A DNA stretch of 64,000 bases, taken from NCBI RefSeq assembly GCF_006345805.1, contig NC_043007.1, positions 248,001 to 312,000 on the forward strand, given 5' to 3'. A program made the position numbers and the translations under genes. The notes under the pieces are model-generated. The model saw only the letters and a program-made list of their open reading frames with translations. It was not told the DNA's origin and did no database searches. Numbering within the stretch: position 1 is the first letter of the stretch; every line of letters starts with the position of its first letter. Positions 37,787 through 52,154 of this stretch are shown in pieces. Source of the DNA: Octopus sinensis. Taxonomy: Eukaryota.

Positions 37787-39575
37787 TCACTTTACACAGT
37801 TACATTCTTGTAGTACATGTTTCCGATTCAGGCCAAAATCGCTGCTTTTATTCTAACGAACAGTGTAAAAGAAATCTTTTGGTATAATTAATAAACAATG
37901 AATAAACTTTATTTCTAGAAACTCAACACTGATAAATTCAACGTCCAAGATTTCAGTAAGGAATGAGAATTAGTAATAAATAAAATCTAATGTATACATA
38001 TAAGAATTCAATGATTAGGTTGTTATCTATAAAGTACTCCTACTTAGAATCATAAAATAACATCGAAATACATTAAATATATATATTATAGCTAACGAGT
38101 GTGCCTCGTGGTAAGTCACAGAGTCTCCAAATATCAAGCAAAGAGAAAAAAATGAATAACAATGAAAATTGCATGGAAAAAAACACAAAGATATAAAAAA
38201 AAAGAAATAAAGCTGCTCCAAACATTATCTCAATTATTTTTCTTCTCTCATTAATGAAAGTTAAATAACATAATCGATGCAAGTAAAGAATGAATCCTTC
38301 TATGTATATGGTATATGTTCCTGTGCGCGAGTATAATGTACACCCACCACCTTCACAATTATACCTACTATACAACACACATGCATGCATGCATACATAC
38401 ATTATATACATACATACATGCATACATACATACATACAATACATACTACATACACATACATACATACATACATACATACATACATGCCCCATACATACAT
38501 CATATATCTATCTTCTCTCTCTATATATAGATAGATAGATATATAGATACATACATACATATAATATATATATATAATATATATATATATATACATACAT
38601 TATACACACATGTGTGTGTGTGTGTGTGTCTGTCTATCGTTGTCCCCCCAACATCGCTTGACAACCGATGCTGGTGTGTTCACGTCCCCGTAACTTAGCG
38701 GTTTGGAAAAAGAGACCGACAGAATAAGTACTAGGCTTACAAAGAATAAGCCATGGATCGATTTGCTCGACTAAAAAAGCAGTGCTCCAACATGGCCGCA
38801 TTCAAATGACTGAAACAAGTAAAAGAATCACTTTACACAGTTACATTCTTGTAGTACATGTTTCCGATTCAGGCCAAAATCGCTGCTTTTATTCTAACGA
38901 ACAGTGTAAAAGAAATCTTTTGGTATAATTAATAAACAATGAATAAACTTTATTTCTAGAAACTCAACACTGATAAATTCAACGTCCAAGATTTCAGTAA
39001 GGAATGAGAATTAGTAATAAATAAAATCTAATGTATACATTAGAATTCAATGATTAGGTTGTTTATAATAAAGTACTCCTACTTAGAATCATAAAATAAC
39101 ATCGAAATACATTAAATATATATATTATAGCTAACGAGTGTGCCTCGTGTGTAAGTCACAGAGTCTCCAAAATATCAAGCAATAGAGAAAAAAATTGAAT
39201 AAAAATGAAAAATTGCATGAAAAACAAAGATATAAAAAAAAAGAAATAAAGCTGCTCCAAACATTATCTCAATTATTTTTCTCTCATTAATGAAAGTTAA
39301 ATAACATAATCGATGCAAGTAAAGAATGAATCCTTCTATGTATATGTGTATATGTTCCTGTGCGCGAGTATATGTACACCCACCTTCACATATATACCTA
39401 TATATACAAACACACATGCATGCATGCATACATACATATATACATACATACATGCATACATACATACATACATACATACATACATACATACATACATACA
39501 TACATACATACATACATGCATACATACATACATATATCTATCTATCTCTCTCTATATATAGATAGATAGATATAT
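37574..39575 (+). repeat. About 1.03-kb tandem duplication (units start near 37574 and 38607)
   Basis: Several hundred bp of unique sequence are repeated almost exactly. Most differences are 1-bp indels. Confidence 0.9.
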
Positions 39576-40680
39576 AGATAATACATAAATATAATATATA
39601 TATAATATTATAATATAGATAAATACATATAAATATACATATATATATATGATTATATATATATATATAGATAGATAGATACATACATATATATAGAGAG
39701 AGAGATACATACATATATATATAGATAGATAGATAGATACATACATACATACATACATTCATACATGCATTCATACATACATACATATATATATATACAT
39801 ATATACATAAGAAAATCCTGATTGATTGCAATGAGAGTCAGGCACACATACTCACAAAACGCATATTATATATATGTGTATGTATGTAGTGTTCATAGTT
39901 TCGTGTATGTATATCCGTTTAGTGCCTTTACGTAGTATCGTTACGAATAGACTGAAGCAATCAGCCAGGGGTCACTTGCAGTCAATTTACTATGCATACA
40001 TTACCATCGACTCTGAATTATTTCCGTGGTAAGTACCATTAACTTTCTTAGATTTAAATTTGTTTTTTCCTTTTACTTATTAATGAGAAAATAAAGCAAC
40101 ATGACAAATAACAATGTATGCATCCACTTTATATGAAAACAAATATTTTTCCCCAATTAATTAAGCAATGACTAAGAATAAACATTATTCTTCTCTAATT
40201 ACAATTGTCATTGATGATTATATTTAATTATTTACGTTAGACACTCGAAAAAAATCACAATTGAATCTAATGAGTATTGTATAAAGCTTATTGTGTTTCA
40301 TTACAAATGGAAATTCACTTCGAGGCAGTGATTGTAAAGAAAGAACAATGGTAGATGTTTTTCTTGGTTGAATATAAAAAACAGTAGGGCGAATATATTT
40401 TTCGTTGTCAAAGGCTCCGGGGAGAGAGTGTATATGAACGAGATGAAAGAAAGAAACGAAAACGGATCACAAAATTTCTTCTTATTTTATTAACAATTCT
40501 TTCTGATCAGGAACAAGACCCTCAATTTTGGTACTGCTTTATCTGCCCCGGAGGATTAAAAAGTAAAATTGACTTCAGTGAGAATTGAGCTCAGAACATC
40601 GGAATCTAAATATCTAGAACAAATAACACGAGGCATTTCGTCGACGCTCTGAATATTTTGGTAGCTCACCGAATTTCCTT

Positions 40681-41099
40681 GTTTCTTATTTCTTTATTGC
40701 CCACAAGGGGCTAAACATAGAGGGGACAAACAAGGACAGACAGAGGGATTAAGTCGATTATATCGACCCTAGTGCATAAGTGGTACTTAATTTATTGACC
40801 CCGAAAGGATGAAAGGCAAAGTCGACCTCGGCGGAATTTGAACTCAGAACGTAGAGACAGACAAAATACCTATTTCTTTACTACCCACAAGGGGCTAAAC
40901 AAAGAGTGGACAAACAAGGACAAACATTGGATGAAGTCAATTATATCGACCCCAGTGCGTAACTGGTACTTATTTAATCGACCCCGAAAGGATGAAAGGC
41001 AAAGTCGACCTCGGCGGAATTTGAACTCAGAACGTAGCGGCAGACGAAATACTGCTAAGCATTTCGCCCGGCGTGCTAACGATTCTACCAGCTCGCCGC
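40681..41099 (-). mobile_element. SINE family B dimer
   Basis: Two T2-tailed units, same junction. Confidence 0.85.
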
Positions 41100-41699
41100 A
41101 TTCAACCGCATTTCATTATTCCTAACTTAAGCACAACGCTAGCAATTTTGAAGCGAACGGTAAGTCGCTAGCATCACTCCCTCTATTAGAATCTTACTTG
41201 ATTTTATCGACATTGAGTGCCATGAGTGTTATTGTTTACTTCGGCGGGATTTGAATTTAGAGAGAAAAGAAACTATGAACTGTACCACAAGGTAATTCGT
41301 CTGATTCTATAAAGAGTCTGGTAACTTACGTCCCAGTCTACATTCAGAAATTACAAATAATCATTCGTAACATGAGAACAAGGACTCCATACACACATTT
41401 CGGATGAAGGAATCGATACCAATATACGGCAAGTATTCCATTTTCTAGCACTTGAAACGATGTACGACAAAGTTGACCAACATGGAATGTGTATTTAGAA
41501 CGTAAAACTCCATACCTAAATACAGTATTGTACATGCCTGATGCCCTGAAAATTATGCCAATTCATCGCCCTCAAAATCTTAAACTGTCGTAAATTCTTG
41601 CCGATAAGTATGGCGCTAAGCGTGACGTTGAGGTTCCGAGAACCGGAAACACAAATTAGTTTTAATTCCTTGTGATTTCTTGTCACCATTATACGCAGC

Positions 41700-42880
41700 C
41701 TTACTAATGTTCATATTTACTATAGCCAAAGGAAGCAGTGTTGAAGAATAAGACCAAAGGTGTAGTCTTAGCACAGAAGAACAGACCATTTGGGTAAATT
41801 GGATCAAGAAGACTGCTGACCATAGTGTAGAATGATTCAAACGAGATCATTGTTCACATTGATTTGGATGCCTACACTTAACTCAGTCGGAATAAAACTG
41901 CTGCAAATGTTAACTGGAATTTGGTTTTGCGTGCACAGAAACGGTTAAGTAATGACCGAAAAAAGAACGTTCGGGAGTACAAGGGACCCAAATGGGGCTT
42001 CTCCAAATGGTCTTTGGAGTAATGTTAGCTCGGTGTGTAGCTCGGATTTTAGACTCGCACAAAATCGAGCCACCACTTCTCTGAACTAAAAGGACACAGC
42101 TCCAGTACTACAGGAATGTAATTAGAATATTGAGGAATGAATCAAGAGAGATTCTTCAAGCCGAGCCAACTGGGAGGAGACCTATGGGCAAACCGAAATC
42201 GAAATACCGTAAATCCTCGAGTATAGTTCGCCCTTGAATATAATATGCAGGGGATTTTTAGGGGGCTGTACTTCTGAAAAACCTAAACCTTGTGTATAAT
42301 ACGCACCCCTTCTCTAACTTGAGTCAAGGAGGTCTATATAACGTCCTTGGTTTGTAAAAATATATACAGTAATGTCCTTTATTATTATTGTATATATAAC
42401 ATAATGCAAACGTGTAGCTTTTTGTGCATTTTGTTAGCAGAAAATAAAAGAAATAACGTTTAATAAATGTTGCTTACTGCAAGTTATGGATGATTCTTTT
42501 ATGACTTCATTGCTTTCAGGCTTAGCTTAAGGTATTTTCGCACCCGACATCACAAAATGCGTCAGAATAAACATTGCCGGACAGCAAATAGAGACTTGGA
42601 AATTTCTTAGAAAATAATTTTTACTTTTAACTTCAATTATAGTACGCACTAGGGATTTTAACCGTTAAATTTTTGGGGAAAATGCGGATTATACTCGAAG
42701 ATTTACGGTAGTTGGACAACCTCTATAGTGTGTGATGGTCACGCTTAGATATCCAACCGTAAAGTATAATGACGGCTTCTTCTAATAAGACTCTATGAAA
42801 GAGTTACCTGTGGACTGTGCCACCAGGAAGCTCGCTGGGATGGTGGAAAGAGAAGGTAGACGGATGGATGCACAGAAAAA
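41700..42880 (+). mobile_element. Decayed RTE-clade LINE 3' coding region, interrupted by a MITE
   Basis: TQLQYYRNVIRI...ILQAEPTGRRPMGKPKSK continues in frame after MITE removal as (W)LDNL...WSRLDIQP, matching the RTE C-terminal pattern RPRGRP..RW.D. Confidence 0.6.
42207..42708. mobile_element. pogo/Tigger-like MITE (502 bp)
   Basis: TIRs CCGTAAATCCTCGAGTATA / TATACTCGAAGATTTACGG (1 mismatch), flanked by TA on both sides (42205-42206, 42709-42710). Confidence 0.85.
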
Positions 42881-43707
42881 TGCTTTAACCATTTTGTGGG
42901 AATAGTCATGCAGCCCATTGAAATCATGGTCTTTCATACACAAGCCGAAAAGAAGCTAAGAGACGATAGGTACTTGAGGAACAGAGAACACTATGAATTG
43001 TAATAGACGTCACATGTGTGTCTGATATCAAAGTCAAAAGACAGAAAGGAAAATAAAGTATTTACCCACGTGAAGTATGAAATCCTCAAATGCTGAAGCA
43101 GAAAATGCCAAATTCATAAACTGTAGATTGTTATTGTGCTTGCTTTTCAAAACTATAACAAAGGATTTGAGAACAAACCTCGAATAACTTGATATGAATT
43201 TGAACGAAATACAATGTAGAAATATGTTTAGGAGATTAAGGAAGCAAGATCTCATAAGCTTTCGATATAAAGTCGGAAAAAATGTAAGGACTAAAAATAT
43301 ATATATATATATAGGAGGTACAAATGGTGGCACAGAAGCAACGTGAAACAAACGAATATAATAATGAAGATATGATGAAGATGTTGATGAGGAGGCGGAG
43401 GAACATACCTATCATGAGGATAATAGATATTGTTATTATTAATATTATTTTTATATATACACACAGACACACACATGCACAGACGCGCGCAGGTATACAC
43501 ATGCTTACACACGCACGCTTGCACATACCACACATATATTATATATATATGGATATGTATTACTGCACAGGGAAAAATATTTATAATTGTTTCTCAATGT
43601 GTGTGTGTAAATGTATATACAGCCATACACGCACATACATACATATATATACATCTTCACATGGACATACGTTCAAACACAGACACACAGACGAACATAT
43701 ATGCGTA

Positions 43708-43738
<31 letters not shown>

Positions 43739-44025
43739 GCATATATATGTATATAAATATACATATATATATACATATATACACACATACATATATAATA
43801 TATATATACACATACATATATATATGCACACACACACATACACACACACACACACACACACATGTATGTATATATATATATATATATAATATATACGTAT
43901 ATACATACTTACTACATACACACACACATATATTTATATACGTATATACATACTTACAAACATACACACACACATATTTATATATATATAAGTATATATA
44001 TACACACGTATATATATACATACAA

Positions 44026-44074
<49 letters not shown>

Positions 44075-44109
44075 TTACATATATATATATATATATCTAT
44101 ATCTATATC

Positions 44110-44150
<41 letters not shown>

Positions 44151-44850
44151 TCATATATATATATTATTGAAGATGCATCGTATGATGTATTTGCAGAAGA
44201 ATGTCGATGTAATTAAAGTGCACTCAGATGATTTCTTTCCGACAGAAGCAGCGAATGCCATTAAGGTAGCTGTACACGTTCCACATATTCCTCATGTATC
44301 TCTACAGGAATCGGCAATAACGTGTATTTAGTTGCATTACCGATACATATTATCTCAATCTGTTCACCGTTTCTCTGAAGATCATATCGATATGTGTTAG
44401 TTCTTCATAATAGTTGATTGGTTTTCGGTATTTCTGTATTTTCATTAATGCTTTTGAATCTTCTTAAATATTTACTTTGGCGCCGGCAATCAATGATGGA
44501 CACACACACACACACACATAAATATATATATATATATGTCTATGTATGTATTCACTTCTTTTAACTCTCATTTGAAGTAGATCATTACATCAGTCTCTTG
44601 ATTATATTATGTGTATTTGTGCTGCGTGGAGTTTGTATAAGTCTTTCTCTGCCTCCCTTAGTCTCTCTCTCGCCTTCCATCTTCCACTCTCTATAAACAT
44701 ACATATATACATACACACACACACACACACACACTTATATATATATGAATACACACATACATATGTATATGTACATTATGTATATAGATGTATAACAAGA
44801 TGTAGGCACGTATATATATATATGTATATATATAATATATATATATATAT

Positions 44851-44889
<39 letters not shown>

Positions 44890-45062
44890 GTATGTGTGTG
44901 TGTGTGTGTATGTCTGTGTCTGTATATATACGGACGGATAGATAGATATGCACATCAATAAATATTTATTTATTTATTTAATCGTTATCTATATAATATA
45001 CATTTATGTGTATATACATATATATATTATATATGTATACATATGTATATATATATGTATGC

Positions 45063-45116
<54 letters not shown>

Positions 45117-45137
45117 TATATACATACAAAAAAATAT

Positions 45138-45204
<67 letters not shown>

Positions 45205-45214
45205 TATGCACACA

Positions 45215-45542
45215 CAGTGGCGGACTGGGTCCAAAACTATTGTTTGCCAGGAGACTAAAGGAGCCGACCCCAACTACAAGGGGTGAGGGCACTCGCAACT
45301 ACAATGCTATCATTTATTAAAGAAATATATTATTATTATTATTATTATTATTAAAAGTATTCTTTCCAACTGTCTACAAACACAGCCAGGCTAAAACATT
45401 TAATGTATTCCAAGAGTGAATCAAAAATTCTCAAACTTGAAGGGATGGGCCCCTTAGATACTAACAGAGACCCCCCCCCCCACCATTTATGGATTCTAAT
45501 GGCCCAGGGGCCACAAGCTGGCACCTGGCCAGTCCGCCACTG
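45215..45542. mobile_element. hAT-like MITE (328 bp)
   Basis: Perfect 14-bp TIR CAGTGGCGGACTGG / CCAGTCCGCCACTG. 8-bp flanks TGCACACA / TGTACAGA match at 6 of 8 positions. Confidence 0.8.
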
Positions 45543-45857
45543 TGTACAGACACACACACACACATATATGTATATATATATTCATACATTGCAATGTGGT
45601 GTCGCTATATGTATATATTATGTATATCTCTTTACATGCCTTTCAGCGTATATTCTGTATATACAGATGTGTTAGTATGCATGGGGAATGGCAGCATATG
45701 TGTAAGCTTGAACATATGCGATTGCACATGTCCTTATAAAGAGACTTCTATTTAGATCTGTATCACTAAAGACATATATCTATTCAAGCAAATATCAGCA
45801 TGTATGATATCAATCTTTGTAAGTGCTTATACATAAACAAATATGTTTATGCTTACA

Positions 45858-45897
<40 letters not shown>

Positions 45898-46030
45898 TAC
45901 GTATTACATACGTACATACACACACACACATATATATATACACACACATATATATACACACAAATATATATATATACATGTACATATATATCTATATCTA
46001 TATCTATATCTACATATACGTATACGTATA

Positions 46031-46065
<35 letters not shown>

Positions 46066-46466
46066 CGTATTGTATCAATACATATATATATATATGCGTG
46101 AGTGTATATTACGTGCGAATTATAAATTATAAATTTGTATATATTCCTTATGTATGTGTGTGTATCTTTATATGTGCTAATATAGTTGTGTACATCTGAT
46201 ATGAGAATGTGTGTTTTAAGTGTTTATATAAATACTGAGGCACCTCTTGATTCCGTTACTTCAAATACTAACCACATTTAAATATTGATTTATTATATCG
46301 TCCAAGACACACATCAGCACACTAACTTATATCCAGTCTACTCTCATATTTCCCACCATTATCTTTCTCGATCATTACCTTCGCCTCCCGTATTCGCCAA
46401 TTATATCTGTCCCCATGTATATATATATATATATGTATGTATATATATATATTCTCTTTCTCTTTT

Positions 46467-46679
46467 CTCTTTTACTTGTTTCAGTCATTTGACTGCGGCC
46501 ATGCAGGAGCACCGCCTTTAGTCGAGCAAATCGACCCCGGGACTTATTCGTTGCAAGCCCAGTACTTATTCTATCGGTTTGTTTTGCCGAACCGCTAAGT
46601 GAAGGGGACATAAACACACCAGCATCGGTTGTCAAGCAATGCTAGGGGAACAAACACAGACACACAAACACACACACAC

Positions 46680-46724
<45 letters not shown>

Positions 46725-46849
46725 GACAGGCTTCTTTCAGTTTCCGTCTACCAAATCCACTCGCAAGGCATTGGTCGGCCCAGAGCTATAGCAGAAGACA
46801 CTTGCCCAAGATGCCACGCAGTGGGACTGAACCCGGAACCACTCCTGCG

Positions 46850-46850
<1 letters not shown>
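46467..46850 (-). mobile_element. SINE family A, head internally deleted
   Basis: Same structure, but CCGGAACC joins directly to ACTCCTGC. Confidence 0.8.
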
Positions 46851-46888
<38 letters not shown>

Positions 46889-47093
46889 ATATGTGTGTGT
46901 TAAGCATGTTTTTCTATACTATTGAGCTACAGAAAAAAGAGGGAAAACTCCCCTTTCCTTGACTTTCTCTTTATTTTGCTGCCTAGTAATACAAAAGAAT
47001 ATTTTTACTTAATAAGAACATTTCTCTTTAACCCGTGGTGAAGTTTATAAAACTCCAACTTTTTCACTTCTCATTCACATCATGTCGTGTATA

Positions 47094-47162
<69 letters not shown>

Positions 47163-48011
47163 ATACATTCATCGAAACACCAGTGTTGCAGAATGCCGGA
47201 ATGCCGTACTCCCATGAGCAAGGTGCGTTGAGCACGCTGCCCTCGTAAAAAAGAAAATATTTTTTCTTATGATCTGCACTGACCAGCATATTTTGCACCT
47301 GAACATGCCTACCGGTGTCGAGAATAAATAGTCGTGTAAAATGATTTATTCCGCTAAATTTACGGTGATATTTTTCACCTGGCGTTGCGAGTTCCATTTT
47401 TGCGGTTTGCTCCGAACGACTGGCCGTATGAATGGCACGATCTTTCATGGGCTATATGTAAACCCGGTGCCGACAAATATGACGGATCCTGTCGATATAT
47501 AGGATGAAAATTAAGTGGCGTGAGCGGCAGTGAAGGACACCTTTTCTATGAATATATTTTTTGATTAAACAAGATGATAGAACCAATATAACCTATTTTG
47601 ACCTGTAACCATTGAGAAAATCCCAATCAAATCTTTTGTTTTGTATTTGGTAATTAAATGTATAAGTAAGGCAAGGCAGTCTTACTCTGTTCTACGTTTA
47701 ACTTCATTTTGTTACTAAGATATTGACTCTTATCTGTGCACCTGTGTTTCGTGTTAACATAGATGCTGCATTCAGCTCTGTTCTCTGTCGTTGGTGAGAA
47801 GACAGACACACGGCTGTACAGATTACCAATCATTACATTATAAAATTGCGGTTAATTGCGAGAAATACTTATATAATAGTTGTGGTAAAACTTGCAAATC
47901 ATCAGATACGAGAAAAAATACACTGATAAACTTTGTACGTCATTAGCAGACAATGGTCATCTTCTTTATTGCATCTAATTCCAACACATATATATACATA
48001 CATATATGTGC

Positions 48012-48065
<54 letters not shown>

Positions 48066-48323
48066 ATATATATGTATATATATGTATTTATGTATATATA
48101 TGTATATATATGTGTATGAATGTATATATATATGTGTGCGTATGTATGTATATATATGTATGTATGTATATATGTATATGTATGTATATTTATATATATA
48201 TATATGTGTGTGTATATATATGTATATATGTATGTATATATATATATGTATGTATATATTTATATATGTATGTATATCTATATGTGTGTACATATGTATA
48301 TGTTTATGTGTGAATATTATATA

Positions 48324-48365
<42 letters not shown>

Positions 48366-49476
48366 TATACGTGTATATATATGTATGCATATACATAACT
48401 ATGTTTATGTATATATAGATATGAGAGCACATAATACACCAACACACACACATTTACATTGTTTATATGAATCAATGCGTGTCGTATTCCACCAAGACTT
48501 GAACAGAGATTCGTGTTATCAAACTACATATATTCATATGAAAAATCGATAGTAACGAATACATCGAGAGACGCATATTTCTACGCATATCCGTGCGTGT
48601 ATATACATATACATGTATGCGGCGTGTGTCTGTGTGTATATACCTGTATATATAATGCGTGTATGTCTGCGTGCACATATGTACAGAATTGTCGATGAAG
48701 GTGTATATACAGACACATGAATGGCTGAAGAAAAGCGAACGAGAAATAAGTGCATCTTTCGGTTAGAAACTTTACACAGTGTATACAACATGAAAAGCGG
48801 TTGCGAAATATATGAGTTTAATTGGATAACTCTCCAGAGAATAATGGATAAGAAACAATGTTAGATGGAAAACCGATTAGGAGCAGATACATAAGCACTT
48901 ATATTTTTATGTTCCTGATAGTGAAATATCTTTAATGATAATACTGAAAGAGTGATTTGTGTAATAAGAGCTGTAGCAGACATATTATGCTGACCAAGTA
49001 GATTTTGATAACATTTTCAGGATATGTTTTCATATGACTGGACACATATAAAAATAGATTCGCTTCCGCCAGAATATTGTAAAAGTACATAGAATAAGAG
49101 AAACATAAAAACAAGATAAATGGCAAAAACTTTCATAATGTACAAAGTTTTGTATAGGAAATTATTTTTAAAATCACCAACGAATTCGTTTATCCGTCTA
49201 TTCGACACTATTGATGAAACAATTAACCACATTTCCAAATATAGATATAGTGTACATTTATATACACGTATGTATTATCGTGTGTATCATATAGATAGAC
49301 AGATACATACATATATACATATAGATATATGTATTAAAATGTCTTTGTATGAATGCACACAGTCACGTATACAACGGGTATATGCATATACATTAATTCA
49401 TACGCACATACAAAAATGCATATATATGTACATACATATATATGTGTATGTTTTTGCATATATATGCATGCATATA

Positions 49477-49516
<40 letters not shown>

Positions 49517-49523
49517 AGAATAT

Positions 49524-49701
49524 AGGTGCAGGAGTGGCTGTGTGGTAAGTAGCTTGCTTATTAACCACTTAGGCAAGTGTCTTCTACTATTGTCTCGTGC
49601 CGACCAAAGCGATGTGAGTGGATTTGGTAGACGAAAACTGAATGAAGCGACGTCGTATATATATATATATAATATATATTTGTAGTTTTTTCACTTTTTA
49701 C

Positions 49702-49744
<43 letters not shown>

Positions 49745-49814
49745 CATTATATATATGTATATATATATATATATATATAATATAATATATAGATATTATA
49801 CATGTAATATCTAT

Positions 49815-49845
<31 letters not shown>

Positions 49846-50064
49846 CATGTCTGTGTGTGTTTGTGTATCTGTGTTTGCCCCCCCCCACACACACACACAT
49901 GACAACAGATACTGGTGTGTTTACGTCCTCGTAAGCTAGCGGTCCGGGAAAAATGACCGATAGAATATATACCAATCTTATATAGAATGATTTCTGGGAT
50001 CGATTCAATCGACTAAAGGCAGTGCTCCAGCATGGCCGCAGTGAAATGACTGAAAAAAGTAGAA
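49524..50064 (+). mobile_element. SINE family A with expanded internal microsatellite
   Basis: Head at 49524-49655, about 200 bp of (TA)-rich insert, 3' module to about 50064. Confidence 0.75.
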
Positions 50065-50446
50065 GAGTGTACATATATATATATATATATATATATGCTT
50101 CAAATGAGGAAGGTTTACATAATGGGTGTATTAGGTAACATGCGTATTAAATGCTTTAAAATTTCAATATATTCTTTGACTTCAATATCAAAATTTAAAT
50201 GTATGTGTGTATGTGTGTGTTTTCTTTTATTTGTTTCAGTCATTTGACTGCGGCCATGTAGGAGCAACATCTTTATGTGAACAATTCAATCTCAGGACGT
50301 GTTCTTTGTGAACGTAGTACTTATTCTATCTGTTTCTTTTGCCGGACCGCTAAGTTACGCATACGTATACACACCAAAATCTGTTGTCAAGCATTGCCGG
50401 GGAATGGGGGAAAACACAGTCTCACACACACACAAACACGTATATA

Positions 50447-50495
<49 letters not shown>

Positions 50496-50504
50496 CAGTA
50501 TGTG

Positions 50505-50698
50505 ACCTCGTGAGTACCACCGGCGATTTTTTTCCTCTGTCTTCCCTTCTCGGGATCTTTCCTTCTAATATGTTTCCGACGAAGAGCTCCGCTCGAAACG
50601 TTAAACCCTCCTTCTTCCCTTCTTTCCTGAGCGTCCAATAATACTTTATTTGTTCCACGTCCTTGCGTGGTTGTGTTTTTTTGTTTTCTTGTTTGGAT

Positions 50699-50703
<5 letters not shown>
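50505..50703 (+). mobile_element. About 200-bp hammerhead-bearing non-coding repeat (Penelope pLTR- or retrozyme-like)
   Basis: Aligns end to end with the reverse complement of about 2992-3200. It carries the hammerhead and ends in (TA)n. The link to Penelope-like elements is inferred from the hammerhead architecture. Confidence 0.55.
50572..50606 (+). ncRNA. Minimal type I hammerhead motif (core variant CCGACGA, GUU site)
   Basis: GTTT-CCGACGA-A-GAGC-TCC-GCTC-GAAA-CGTT-AAAC: stem I GTTT/AAAC, perfect 4-bp stem II, palindromic stem III AACGTT. Confidence 0.65.
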
Positions 50704-50782
<79 letters not shown>

Positions 50783-51922
50783 AGAGGTATTAGTGTCCAG
50801 AAGACCTAAGGTGGCAGGTAAGGCTATGTTAGAGCTATGGAAGGACCGTAGTCAATCTCTCGGTTCTATAATGATACGAGTGAGGAGTCTAATGTGGGTC
50901 TTGTGTGAGCCTGTATATTTTAAATATAATGAGAGAACAAAGCCAAGGCTGTGTGGAATTTTCTGGACACTTATAAAGAGAAAGTTAGTCTTACAGCTGT
51001 TTCTGTGATATTAGGGGTATCCTTTCATCAAAGGCGATATGAGAGAATTAATTACAGGGAAATAGTAGAGTTCAATATAAGGAGTTATTTTGGAAAAGGA
51101 TGGAAATAAGAAGTATAAAGGTAAATAAGAGAATAAACGTAAATATAAAAATATATGTAGGATGTTACAGTTGAAGTTCCATTATCCAAGGAAAGTGGTG
51201 TGTGGAATGGGTAGAAATGCTTTTTGTCCATGGTATGTAACTTTCGATAGGAATTCATATTTTGACATTACAAATAGAAAGTGTGGTGACGTAGATTCCG
51301 TGGTTCTGTTCATTCAAAGGGGTTTCCGCCCATTCCGTTTGTAATGACAAAATATGAACTCTTATCGGAATTTACGTAACATGGACAGGAAGCATTTCTA
51401 CCACTTCTACACATCACTTTCCTTGATTAATGGAACTGCAACTATACCTGCAATTATGTGTGTGTGTGTGTGTGTGTGTATCAGCCGAATCGAGCGGTCC
51501 CTATTGATCGGATACAGAATTCGCCGAAACTGACCGATCAGTGTTGTAATTTTCGATCAGTGTTTTTAAGACGATTACAGTCCAGTCAGTAGATATGTAT
51601 ACAACTATGTACTTTAACTACAGAATTAGAACCTTTTAGCTGTTAGCTTTAGCAAAGTAGGTATTCTAACATCCTAGTCACATTTAATAACAATTATTGT
51701 TTTCCTGTTTTGTAACACATTGCACACGGCTCTCTATATTAATTTTTTAAAATATATAAATGTATCTGGATATATATATACACTTACATAAATACGACAG
51801 CATTCAAATAAATATGAAATATGTTATGTGTGTATGTGGGGGTGTATGTATGCGTGTGTTTGTGCTTCTGTTTGAAAAACCAACCACTTACTAACCGGTA
51901 GTAATTAGTTTACGAATCAATA

Positions 51923-52154
51923 GGCGACGAGCTGGCAGAAGCGTGAGCACGCCGGGCAAAATGCGCAGCCGTATTTCGTCTGCCGTTACGTTCTGAGTTC
52001 AAATTCCGCCGAGGTCGACTTTGCCTTTCATCCTTTCGGGGTCGATAAATTAAGTACCAGTTACGCACTGAGGTCGATGTAATCGACTTAATCCGTTTGT
52101 CTGTCCTTGTTTGTCACCTCTATGTTTAGCTCCTTGTGGGTAATAAAGAAACAG
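51923..52154 (+). mobile_element. SINE family B monomer with 19-bp TSD
   Basis: ATTAGTTTACGAATCAATA (51904-51922) / ATTAGTTTACGTATCAATA (52155-52173). Confidence 0.9.

Noticed and set aside
44170-44440. Minus-strand peptide fragments vaguely resembling Helitron helicase or a P450 K-helix
   Set aside because: The similarity needs several frameshifts and the key motifs are not intact.
51497-51538. GGTC..CTATTGA..CCGAAACTGACC hammerhead-like arrangement
   Set aside because: Two core mismatches and no NUH triplet or stem III.
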